A stretch of DNA of 64,000 nt from the human T2T-CHM13v2.0 reference genome, Homo sapiens: assembly GCF_009914755.1 (NCBI RefSeq), contig NC_060930.1; one strand, written 5' to 3'. Below the pieces are notes generated by a model. That model was not told where the DNA came from, did no database searches, and saw only the letters and a program-made list of their open reading frames with translations. Within the stretch, counting starts at the first letter, position 1; each line of letters begins with the position of its first letter. Below are positions 25,897 through 37,700 of this stretch, piece after piece. Both the position numbers and the translations under genes were made by a program.

Positions 25897-27030
25897 TGTC
25901 TGTCTGTCTGTCTGCCTGCCTGCCTGTCTGTCTTCACCCTCCTGGTTTTACCAGAAGTTTCTCCTAAGTCTCCTTGGCCAATCCATCCTCCTCTGTTCAA
26001 CTTCTAAATATTGGCCCACCTCAGAGCTGCATTGTGGATCAGGTTCTCTATCTACACACTTTCTAGATTAATCTCATTTGAGTACCATCAATGTGCCAGT
26101 GATTCTCTAATACGTATATTCAGCCTCGACCTCTTTATAGATCCCAAAACATATATATCTATCTAACTGTCTAACTTGACACTTCACCTTGGATGTCCAA
26201 TAGGCACCTCAACCTTAACATGGTCAAAACACAACTCTGGTTCCCCACCCTAAACTGCTCATCCCCCAGATTCCCCAACCCAGGAAATGGCACCACTTCT
26301 CAATCCCAAAATCTGGGAATTATCTTTATTTCCTCCTGGCCTCAGTTTCTATATCCATTCCATTGTCAATCTTCTCAATTCAATCTCCTTTTAAAATGTA
26401 TCTCAAATATATTCATTTATTTCTATCTCCACTCCCAACTTGGTCTCATCACCATTATCTGTTGGATGGGCTGTTAAAACAGCTTACAAACTAGTGTCCC
26501 TCTTCTTCCACTCTTGCTAGCTCATAATCATCCTCCATACAATAGCCAAGTGCTCTTAATAGATCATTTAAAAAGTGTTTAATTCCACAGCTTAGAAACT
26601 CTCCAACATTGTTCCATCACATATACAATCCAAGTTCCTTACTATGGCTTACAGAGATGTGATCTGGCACTTAACTCCTCCTCAAACTGCATTTCGTATC
26701 TTTTTCCTTGCACATTAAACTCAAGCTCCACTGACCTTCATTCTGTTTCTCACTAGAAAACTCTCTCCTGCCTCATGGCTTTGTTCTTCACAGAGTCTCT
26801 GCCTAAAAAGTTCTTTCCCCATTTTCACACCGTCAGCCAGATCTCAGGAAACCCTCCTTGTTCCAATTCCAGTAGCCACTCATTCATTCATAGTGCCCTG
26901 GTTTAATTCTCTGCCTTGCACTTACTGTGTTTGTCAGTTTCCACCAAAGTGTAAGCTCCAAGAGATCAGGCAGTTTGTCCGTATTTTTCACTGTTCCATC
27001 CCCAGCACTAAAACATATTTGCTGTATTGA
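25750..27030 (+). mobile_element. L2 (L2a-like) fragment
   Basis: cttggatgtccaataggcacctcaaccttaacatggtcaaaac...gtaagctccaagagatcagg...tccccagcacta. Confidence 0.8.
25866..25931. repeat. Compound (GT)n(CTGT)n(CTGC)n microsatellite
   Basis: Read directly. Confidence 0.93.
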
Positions 27031-27228
27031 AGTAGAATGTAAGGAGCCAACAACTTAGCCACTAGCCCAGTGCATTAATTCTTCATGTTCTTACAGGGTG
27101 TTGCCCCAATCTGGCTACACTTGGCAGTATAGCATTTGGATGGAGGGTAGAGAGGAGAACAAAGGGAACTGACGAGAAAGAAGACAGATTGAGGTACAAC
27201 CTACAAAGGGATCAACAAATTACGTTAT

Positions 27229-27741
27229 TGGTGGTAGGTAGAATAATGCCCCCCACCCCCAAGATGTCCACATCCTGATCGTAAGAAACTGTGAGCATGT
27301 TACATGACATGGCAAAGAGGAATTACGGTTGCAGATGGAATTAAGGTTGCTAAGCAGCTGACCTTGAGATGGGAAGAGAATTGTGGCTTATTCATGTGAA
27401 CTCAATATAATCACAAGGGTCCTTGTGAGTGAAAAAGAGGAAGGAGGCCCAGAGTGGGACTGATACAGTGCAAACAAGACTTGAGCCACCCTTGCTGGCT
27501 TTGAAGATGGAAAGGCCACAAGTCAAGGAATGCAGGCAGCCTGTAGAAACTGGAAAAACCATGGACATGAATCCTTGCCTAGAGCCTCCAGAAGGAACAC
27601 AGACCTGATGACAGCTTGGTTGTAACCCAGTAAGGCCCATTTTGGAATTCTGACCTCCAGAACTGTAAGATAATAAATCTGTGTTGTTTTAAGGCACCAT
27701 GTTTGCGGTGATTTGTCACAACAGCCATAGGAAAATGATAC
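27229..27741 (+). mobile_element. MLT1D-like MaLR solo LTR
   Basis: ggaattaaggttgctaagcagctgacc...ctccagaactgtaagataataaat...acagccataggaaaatgataca. Confidence 0.85.
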
Positions 27742-27770
27742 AACATGTGTCTAGAAATTATGTGCATGAG

Positions 27771-28107
27771 GAGGGGTCCCCAACTCCCAGGGCCACGGAC
27801 TGGAAGTGGTCTGTGGCCTGTTAGGAACTGGGCTGTACAGCAGGAGGTGAGCGGCAGGTGAGTGAGAATTGCCACCTGAGCTCCACCCTCCCATCAGATC
27901 AGCAGCAGCATTAGATTCTCATAGGAGCACAAACCGTATTGTGAACTGCACATGCAAGGGATCTAGGGTGCACGCTCCTTACGAGAGTCTAACTAATGTC
28001 TCATGATCTGAGGTGGAACAGTTTCATCCTGGAACCATCCCCCGACGCCCCTGAATAAACTGCCTTCCACAAAACTGGTCCCTGGTGCAATAAATGTTGG
28101 GAAGCGT
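27771..28107 (+). mobile_element. MER1B hAT-Charlie transposon
   Basis: aggggtccccaac...gcattagattctcataggagc...ggtccctggtgcaataaatgttggga. Confidence 0.9.
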
Positions 28108-30764
28108 TCTTCTGGAAAGAACATCTGCAGTGGCCACCACAGATCCACTTTCTGAGTCCTGCAGATACCTGCTGGGCAAAAACAGGCCTTTCAGATACCC
28201 TCTGCTCCTCCTGCCAAAAAGACAGTGGTCAGAAAACCCTCCTTTGAGCCTCCTGCCTTTTGTTTTCTTTCCCTAACTGTAAATACTTCTCTTTCTCATT
28301 CTCCTACCAGGTGCAAAACACTACCACCAACCCCAGACACCCACACATCTTCCAGAGGAAAGTGATTCTATTTTTTTAAGTCTTACCCTGCCCTAAAAAC
28401 CTTTGTAGTAAAAGCCATTTGCTAACAAACTAAAAAGCAAGGATAAATTTGATACACAATACTGCTCTCATTCAATTACTACGTGAAGGATCAAATTCAA
28501 TGCTTGAATGCACACTACACCCAAATTCAGCTCTCATCTTTTTTTCTTTGAACGTGAACAGACATTTTAGTGTATATTACACGGTAAAGCCATAACAAAC
28601 ACTCTAGTAAAAATAAAAGTGCTCCTCAATTATTTTTCACTTATCCCTTATGAATTTTATTGCTTACAAAATGAAAGCAGAGCTGCTGAGGTAGGGAAGT
28701 CATATCACCACTGTACTGTTCATAATAAATAGGAATCTGCTTCCCCTACTGAAACATGAAATAAATGCTTTGTGTGTTTTTAGCTTTTCTGCAACTAGGA
28801 CAGCTGAAATGAAAGCATTTCCTTGTTTCAATTTATCAGTACTTCAGTTTAACAATATTACAATTATTTAACATTCTCAAATTTTAAAAGTTACCCAATA
28901 ATTAATGATACTTTCAAGTAAAGATAATCAGAATTTAAGCCTACCATTCTTGCTTTCTCACCAAAATTACTAAAAACTATTCTTAAATGGTATCATAATC
29001 CATATTTTAATATATTTAGTGTTTGAAACTGATTGAGATTTATGAGGATGAATAAGAAGAAAACTAATATCATAATGTCCAGTTCTAAATACTTTATAAA
29101 AATCTTAGTTATCTATTAACTAGAAGCTCTTTTACTACGATTTATCACTAAGACTGCCTATCATAATAAAAATGTTGAATGAACTTTAAAACAAAGTGTT
29201 AATTTTTAAAAGTAGCTCTTTAAAACCAGCATGGTACTGGCAAAAAATGTGGGGAACAAGGAGTTTATGACATTCAATATATAAAATAATATCCTAAGAA
29301 GAAAAAAAAGTCAATCCATTTATAAGGCAATACTCTTTATGTGTCACCTCAGTCACCAGAGGCAAAATTAAAATTAAAATTGGTAAGAAGGTGATATAAA
29401 AATAATTTTCATTAGCTTAGTCTGATGTGAACTACATTCACATGTGAAATATATTGAATTTTTATACAACTTTTTACAGATATAGATTGTTGTCATCACA
29501 GCATCTTGTTGAAAATTAAAGAAAGCATTTCCAGAAAGGTGACCCAGTAGGATAGGGTCTTTATGAAGCTTAGCAAGTAATGAGGTAGAGAGGAAGGGCA
29601 GGTTCACATGTAATAACACTTCCTTATGAAAGGGTATTAGCCAACTCTCCTGGGATCCCTGTCACAACTTATATAATACCCCTCTTTGCATCACCTTTCT
29701 GGATTAAATATAAAAAAATCATCATAAGGAAGACTGAAAAACTAATCAAATGAGAGCTAATGTTCTGAGTGCCTCTAATTGAATACAATGATACAACCCA
29801 AATGTCCAAATTTTTTTAATCACTAATCTTCTCCACATGTCTTATTATGTCCCATCAGCTCAAATGGAAGCTCTTTACAGAAACAAGAATATCACAAGTC
29901 ATATTTTTCTCTGGCAATTTTTAATAACACATAAAAATAATTTTATCCGCACATTTATATGGGCTAAGTATTCTTAACTGTAGTTTGAAATATTTGGCTT
30001 CTTTCTATTCTCCAACTCCCATTTCAGGGTATTAAATCTCATCTGTTATGCAATTGATGTATACATTTGACTATTAACTGTTTGCATAGAATTGATTTTA
30101 ATCACCACAGTTATTTAACCTTAACTTTAAATAGGTGTAGCAAAATATTCTAAGTGTAGACAGAAAACAAAAGTAGGATTATTATCATTGATTTCCCAGA
30201 TCACAGGTAATTTTGTTCTTATTCCTACACTTCTGTTATTTTTAGATACAGATATTTCAGATTCTCATGAAAATCAGAAATATTCAGAGTACAAAGAATA
30301 AAGCACATTATTTACAATATGTATAATTAATGCTTATTTCCTAACCTATATAAATTATGATACAATTTCTAAAGTCTATATCTGATAAGTGGGACTGAAA
30401 ATAATTAAGTACCTCTGAGTAGGTTTACCTAAACCAACAAGTGTATATATAGCTTTAATTCTTCATTTCTAATTTTGCATCCTTATAAAAATTACACTGC
30501 AAATTAGTTTTAGTTCATCAGAATAATTGAATTGTTCCTTTTTCCACCCCAGTGACTTGCAGTTACTTATTTGGCCTAAAATTGACAATTTCTCTTCTTA
30601 ATTCTGGTTAGTCCAACTTCCTCCAAATGACCTTGTATCAGAAGAGTTAGCCATACTTCTATACTCTAGATTTATCATCATAACAAATGAAGTATCTGCC
30701 TGTAACAAAAACACATAGTACTGTTTTAAATTCCTTTAAAATTCTGTGTTCACTACTTCCTTAT

Positions 30765-32410
30765 TATGCAACGTTTACTGAGCTTCCTCATGCTCCCACA
30801 TGTGCTAGACACCAGCCACAGAAAGATGAACAAGGCACTGACCTCAGGATACGTATTATCTACCGGGGGGTCACATGGAAAAATCAACTGCACAGAATAC
30901 GCATAGCATGCAAGTCTATGTAAGCTGTTAAGACAGTGCATAAAGTAGGAAAGAAAAAAAATGGGGAGAGGAGAACAAAGAAGGCTGTGAGAGACGGAAG
31001 CTACAAATCAAAAGACAAGACAAATTAGTCATTAAGGAGCAAAGGAAGGCACTCTGGACAGAAGAATCAGCATATGCAAAGGCTTGGAGGCATTGCAGGT
31101 TGTATTCCAAGAACTGCAGGCAGATCCGTGTGGCTGCAGCAAGGCTGTAGGGATAAGGAGTGGCTGGGTATAAGGCTGTCTGATGTGACCAAGAATTTGA
31201 ACTTGATCATGAAGATAATGAAGAGCAACTAAGGGACTTTAAGCATGGAGTGGGGTGCATGGGGCTGAGGGAGCGTCCTGGAAACAGAGTTGCCTGGACA
31301 GAAGCAGGTGAAGATTCATGACAGGCTGTGTGGAGGGGGAGATCATGGAAAGTGTTATCACCCACAGCCACCTAGGACTGATATTGCTGAGGTGGAGATA
31401 TCATGGCAGAGTGAGACCAGGCAAGACTGTAGAAAAGAATGCCTGAAACTGGGTCAGACTGAAGCCACCAAAGGCAATACATATTAAAATTGGAGATCAG
31501 TGAGGCTGGTAGCCAGGAGATTTCAAAGCAATGAAATGGGAAACAAAGCATGCCATGATGGGTCAGGACGCTCCGAAGCATAGGAGTCTGCATCAGCACC
31601 ACTCCCGGCTGAGGGGGCGGCACTGCTTGGTGGAATCTCAGCACTGCTCTGCACACCGCAGGTCCTGGATGAAGGCAATGCCAGGATTAACAGAATGCAA
31701 CAAGAGACATTGAATACTTGTATTGGCAGGACTCCGTGACTGCCAGGATGTGAGAGTTGAGGGAAACAGAAGAGCTGAAGAAGGACTCTCAGGTTTATGG
31801 CTTGGTTGTCTACATGGTTAACAGTGTTATTCATCAAGACTGGCCAGACGACAGAAGGAAGGGGATGGGGGTGGTTAGAAAGGAGGTGATGGGGTCTGAT
31901 TTTGATATATTGGTTTGGGCCTCCTGTTAAGCATACTGATAGAAATGTCCAGCAAGTGGCTAGAAATGTAAGTCTGTTAATTAGAATAAAGTTCCAAGAT
32001 AAAGATGTAGACTTGGGAACAGTCAGAATACCATTGATAAAGTCATGGGTTTCAGAACTTGGGGTGAAAATAGAAAATGGTTAGGGACAGAGTTCTAGGA
32101 AACAACATTTAAGGGATGGGCAGAAGAGAAACTCACAAAGATCGAAAAGAAATAGTAAAAGGTAACAGGAAAAAAAAAAGAGTAGGCTGTCAAGGAAGAT
32201 GCGGGAAAGTGGAAGTCAACACCAAAGGAATAATCAGTATTAAAGTGTCCCGCCATTTGGGGATCCCCTTGATCTGGTCACCTAAGTAACAGTAATTATA
32301 GTACAGTATGAAAATCAGATTACACGGGGTTGTGGTATAAGAAAAGAGGTGAATTAGTGAAGACAAGCAGTACAGACGACTCTTTCAAGATGATTGGCTG
32401 TGAAGTAAAG
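30765..32410 (-). mobile_element. Fragmented L2
   Basis: caacgtttactgagc at the 3' end; gaaatgtccagcaagtggctagaaatg; gacaagcagtacagacgactctttcaaga. Confidence 0.6.
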
Positions 32411-34333
32411 AGAGACCATAGTCTTGTCAACCTAATTCAGAGGCCTGAGGCCATCAAGACAGTCAGGGATGAAAGGGGATTAAATCCCATCTCTTCTGAC
32501 TCCTGCCTTTATCACAGATGTCAGCACCATAAAGCTTTTGCTAAACCTCTGTCTCTAATGCACAAGCATGTCTCATGAAATGCAAACATTTGTACAGAAA
32601 TTTAAACAATTCCCATTCACTCATGGCCAAGTTAAACCGATAGAGATCATCTTCATTTGACAATATCAATGTAACCAGAATTGTACTTCATGAATATACC
32701 ATTCTTGCTATGCAGATATTTATTAGAGTTTGAACCTTAGCTAAAATACCAAAACAAGTTACAACATAGAAATCCATTGCAGGAGGTCAGGGGCTGCGAG
32801 GAAGTAGAAGAAAGTGAGAAACCTGCAGAGCAGCACACATCCAGGCAACAAGATACCTTCTACTTGCACGCCTCAATGAAAGCATTCAATTTACTATAAT
32901 CACTAACAATCATTTCAGACAGAGACATAAAAAACTCCTTAGCTTCAGAAGGCTTCCTAAAAATTCATACAAAGAATCTTAAAAAAAAAATAGCCAAAGA
33001 GAAATCAGGATTGTGAATTTTCTAAATCTATCTTCAGTTGATAAACCTAAGATAGAAGACTGAAATCATTCTCTAAATATTTACTTCCAAATTATATATA
33101 AATATATACTTAAAGGATTAAATACCTAGCTCAAATATGAAAATCAAAATGGACTGGATATGTGTTTTCAAAAGTTATTGATCCCAATTATTACCGAGTA
33201 ACATCTCTAATAATCCAAGGCTCCAACATTCACTTTCAACTACTACCAATAATATGTTTCTACTATAAGTATAAAGCAAGTATCAACCACTTTCAAAGCC
33301 AATCTAACTCTCAGACAAGTGCTAGTGATTCTGTAAACTGTGGTTCTCACTCAAGGTAAAGTGGTTTACGGTGTAAATGTGCAAATCAGTGCAAATCAGT
33401 CATCCTGAATAAAGGGATTGGATTTTTTTCACCTAATCTAAATTGGCACAGGTAATAGGCCTGAATTGCTCATTAAATCTGAGTGAGGGTGTTTTCAATT
33501 TAACTGTTCTAGAATTTTACAGATTAATGTGCTTTGACTTGCTTTAAACAAAGTGAGATCTCTTGAATCTTAGCATTTAAGGTGTTTATATTTGCTCCAT
33601 AGTAATGTTTGAAGAGGATGATAAATTTTTATCAGAGTCGATACCTTGCTCAAGATATAATAACTTTAACTGGTGGTTAATCTTCCATCTTAACATAAAA
33701 TAGAAGTTATAATGTACTCAGTTTAGCATATCTGTTCTGACTATGCATAAAGTCTGCAATTCAAGGAACTGCTGCCAATAAAAGGCAGATAAAAACAAAT
33801 TTTCCGTAAGATACATTTCCCTGCAATATCTATCATGTTCCAAATTTTATTTAAACAGCCTAACATAAGCCCTTTTAAGCAATTCTATTGGACTCCATTT
33901 TAAGATGATGACCTAACACAAATATGCCCATATATCAGCAATTGACACAAACACAACTTTTGTACTCAGATACAAAATGACTATATGTTAATTTAGTGCC
34001 CAATTTGAGAGAATCAAACATGAAATATCAAATCAATGGGAAAAGAGATCTCGGTAGCCTCAATTAATGATAGGAAATATTCAAATGAGCCATAAAATAG
34101 TACTATTTATTACAAAATTATCAAGGAAGAAGATTCAAAATAGATCAAAACAAACCAGCCAGCATTTTTTTCACTTGGATTAAGGTTGCTCCAACAACAG
34201 ATATTGACTGAGCATCCACCAGATTCTGTGTTCTTTTCATGTCATGACTTGTAGATTTGTTCTCTATCTATAATAAAAATGTATGTATGCTGTATTTTAG
34301 AAAAGATAAAATACATACCATTTTATCTGTCAG

Positions 34334-34630
34334 TTTTGTTTTGCTTTTTTTCTGATACAGGGTCTCACTCTGTCACCAGGGCTTGAGTGCAGTGGCACAG
34401 TCATAGCTCACTGCAGTCTTGACCTCCTGCCTCCATCCTCCCACCTCAGCCTCCTGAATAGCTGGGACTACGGGCATGCATCATCACACCTGACTAATTT
34501 CTTTTGCTTTTTGTAGAGATGAGGTCTCCCTACATTGCCCAGGCTGGTCCTGAACTCCTGGGCTCGAGTAATCTGCTTACCTCAACCTCCCAAAGTGCCG
34601 GGATTAAGGCCTGAGCTACTGCATCCGGCC
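34334..34630 (-). mobile_element. AluJ SINE
   Basis: cagggtctcactc, catagctcactgcag and ctcctgggctc are J diagnostics. Confidence 0.9.
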
Positions 34631-35109
34631 TATTTTAAAAATAAATAAAAATAAACCTTTGGGGAAAAAAAGAAAAGATAGAAAATATTCCTCTCAAGCA
34701 TTTTAACCTATGATTGGGGTTCATCAAATAATTTCATTTGAAAAGGAATAATTCTGGCTTCTTAAGTTCAACAGATGGTATCTTCCAGATATCCTTGCTT
34801 CTTTCTTAACTGATAACTATGAAATACTAATGATCTACTTGTTTTAATCTGGGAGGAGGAACAGAAATAAAAGTAGTCTTTTATTGGATTTCTTATTGAA
34901 CTATAATTTTTAAAATATTTCCATTGTATTAAGTGCAGTTGAATTAACTTTTATTTTGTTGTTATATTTTATATACTTCCAGACACAAGAAAACACAGAT
35001 GTTGGTAAACTTAAGAAAATATCTGTTTTAGGATAAGTGGGAATGCTGATATAGTCAAGAAACATTTTTTTATTCAACATTTACCTACAGCAAGATATAA
35101 GTCAATAAT

Positions 35110-35320
35110 GATGATGATGATTAATACTTAGAGGATATTTATTATATAATGAACACCACTTTAAGCATATTACATGTATTTAATAATTTAGTTCCCATAA
35201 CAACTTTATGAACTACTAGAACCTGCATTTTACACGAGAAACGGAGATATTTTCAAGTTCACAGGCAGCAAGTGGTAGAAGCAGGACTCTAATACAGCAG
35301 CCTGACACACAGTCCATGCG
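35110..35320 (-). mobile_element. MIR
   Basis: cattttacacgagaaacggag...tcaagttcacaggcagcaagtggtagaagcaggactc. Confidence 0.7.
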
Positions 35321-35334
35321 TTTCATGAATTTAC

Positions 35335-36518
35335 CAGTGTTTTCTAATCTGCCAACCATGACCCATTAGTAGATGGTAACATCAGTTTAACGGGGTGCAA
35401 CTAGTGGGGTTATTTTTAATAAAATAGAAGACAACAGAAAATCAAATGCAGTACCCGGGTTGGCTGTGTGGGTATACGACCTGTGCAGTCACACAGGGCC
35501 CTGCTCTGAAGGGCCCTACCCATTGATTTAATGCTCCACTATCACCAACCACGTTAAAATTCTTAATCATTTTATCCTTGAACTTGTGTGCTTTGTAAGT
35601 GAAGTTCAATGAAAAACTGGAGCAGGCTCATGAGAAGACATGGGTGCAATATGTGTGTGTTTGTGGTTACCAAGCAAGCGTGTTAGGTCAGCATCTGAAC
35701 AAGGGGTGAAGGAGTACAGAGGGTGCTCACAGCCCCTAGAGGCCACACTTTCTATCAAAACCAGAACTTGCTTCTGAGGAGGAAAGGAGACAATGGCATT
35801 CTAAGAAATAAAGATGACCAAGGATAATTCTGTCCTGTTCTTTCTTAATTATATCAGCCAACCTCTTACACTGAAAATGACAAAAGAGAAGGAAAGTGAA
35901 ATATAAGGCTACCCATCGCTCCTTTTCTTCAGTCCTTACTCAACAGTAAGCCTAAGGTAAAGAGGGTTGGTAGAATGTATACCTATCAAGAAGTAAAATA
36001 AAAACAGTTGAGTTAGCTTTGTACAGTATTTCCATTCTTCTAATAAGAACAAGATGCATATGCAGGTACAAAATAAGAAATACCAATTGTGTAATTTCAT
36101 TAATTTCATGCTCTTATGTTTTGCACTTAAAATTGGCATTGCACAATAAAAATAGTAAAATTAGTATTAATAATGGACATTTTTAATTTTTATTTACTCA
36201 GAATGACAGTAAGTAGCAAACAAATTAACAACAACAAAAAAACAAATCCATGACAGGTCAAGAAGCAGAGAAGAAATGGAAAAAGACATATGTAACTACT
36301 TTTAGCAGCATTCTTCCCTACTTTTTGAACATGAGGTCCTACATCTTCATTTTGCTCTGGACCCCACAAATTATGCAGTCAGCCCTGGAAGGGTAACTGT
36401 CATTTCACAAAATTTTTATTTCATGAAACAAATACAGTATATGTGAGTATTCTGGATCAGGATGTAAATTTTTATCATATTATGTATGGGTCACAGTCAG
36501 AAAGCTGAAAAACCACTT
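35335..36518. mobile_element. Small hAT-Charlie-type element split by a MER45 insertion
   Basis: cagtgttttcta...atgacccattagt on the left and gggtcacagtcagaaagctgaaaaaccact on the right. Confidence 0.55.
35456..36387 (+). mobile_element. MER45B/C hAT-Tip100 transposon
   Basis: cgacctgtgcagtcacacagggccc...aaattcttaat at the 5' end; ttcattttgctctggaccccacaaattatgcagtcagccctg at the 3' end. Confidence 0.8.
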
Positions 36519-36524
36519 CACTAC

Positions 36525-36985
36525 TACATTAGTCTGTTTTCATACTGCTATAAAGAACTGCCTGAGACTAGGTAATTTATAAAGAAGAAAAGAGGTTTAA
36601 TTTACTCAGAGGTCTGCACAGCTGGGGAGGCCTCAGAAAACTTACAATCACGGCAGAAAGCGAAGGGGAAGCAAGTCACATCTTACATGGCGGCAGGAGA
36701 GAGACAGAGAGCGAGAGAGACAGAGAGCGAGAGCGAGAGAGACAGAGAGCGAGAGCGAGAGAGACAGAGAGCGAGAGCGAGAGAGTGAGCGAGCGAGCGA
36801 GAGAGTGAGCGAGCGAGCGAGAGCACATGCAGGGGAAATGGTCACTTTTAAATGATAAGATCTCATTAGAACTCCCTCACTATCATGAGAACAGCATGCA
36901 GGAACTGCCCCTATGATCCACTCACCTCGTGGGGATGACAATTTTAGAAGAGATTTGGGTGGGGACACAGAGCCAAGCCATATCA
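36525..36985 (-). mobile_element. THE1D-like MaLR solo LTR, sense to DCDC2
   Basis: attagtctgttttcatactgctataaagaactgcctgagactaggtaatttataaag...gatttgggtggggacacagagccaagccatatca. Confidence 0.9.
36698..36824. repeat. GA-rich compound tandem repeat inside the LTR
   Basis: 3x GAGAGAGACAGAGAGCGAGAGC (36713-36778) and 2x GAGAGAGTGAGCGAGCGAGC (36779-36818). Confidence 0.92.
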
Positions 36986-37559
36986 TCCACACTGGAGAAA
37001 ACAAAAGGGGTACAGACCTTCTCTCTTCATCATCCTAAAGGATAATTCACTTAAGAGGGCACCTTGATTACCTGAGTTTTAGCTCCTTGTTATGTTCTGT
37101 GTCATAACTAAACTCCTCTGCCCAACTTCTAAGAGCGTCAGAATTTGGCCTCACTTCAGCCTTAACAACACGTCCCACAGCTCTGCAACTAGAACCCTCA
37201 ACCCCAAAGGGACTCGTGATGTCTGCTCACTTGCCTGTCCTCCTCTTCTCTGTCCCCAGAGCTCCTTCTCACCTCTGCACTCATACAATCTCCTCACAGC
37301 CATGTTTTTCCCTTCAAGACACAACGTGATGGCCACCTCCCCAGAAGTCTTCCACATCGCTGAAGTTTTTACACTTATTCTCTGTACCCTAACAGTACCA
37401 CATGACAGACAATTTAGATGTTGCTACAGAGAGGAGACGACACTGTTTCATATCCACTTCCCCCAAAGCTCATCACACACAACATGGTCAGGTTACATAC
37501 AGCACTCCATATGGAGCTAGGACAGGGAAAGCAACCTAGTTTTGTTTTTGTTTTCAGGA

Positions 37560-37700
37560 TGTCTACTACGTGCTAAGTCCTTGCCTCACAATTACCTGTG
37601 AAGTGGATATTTTTAGCCTACTTTATGGATAAGGAACTTGAAGTTTAAATAACATGCCTAAGGCGGCATAGGCAGGAAGTGTTTGAGCCAGGGGTAAGGC
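37560..37700 (-). mobile_element. MIR
   Basis: ctttatggataaggaacttgaag...taacatgcctaagg. Confidence 0.65.

Noticed and set aside
31600-31625. CTCF-like motif (GAGGGGGCGGCA)
   Set aside because: Only the 3' half matches; the CCASY 5' core is absent.
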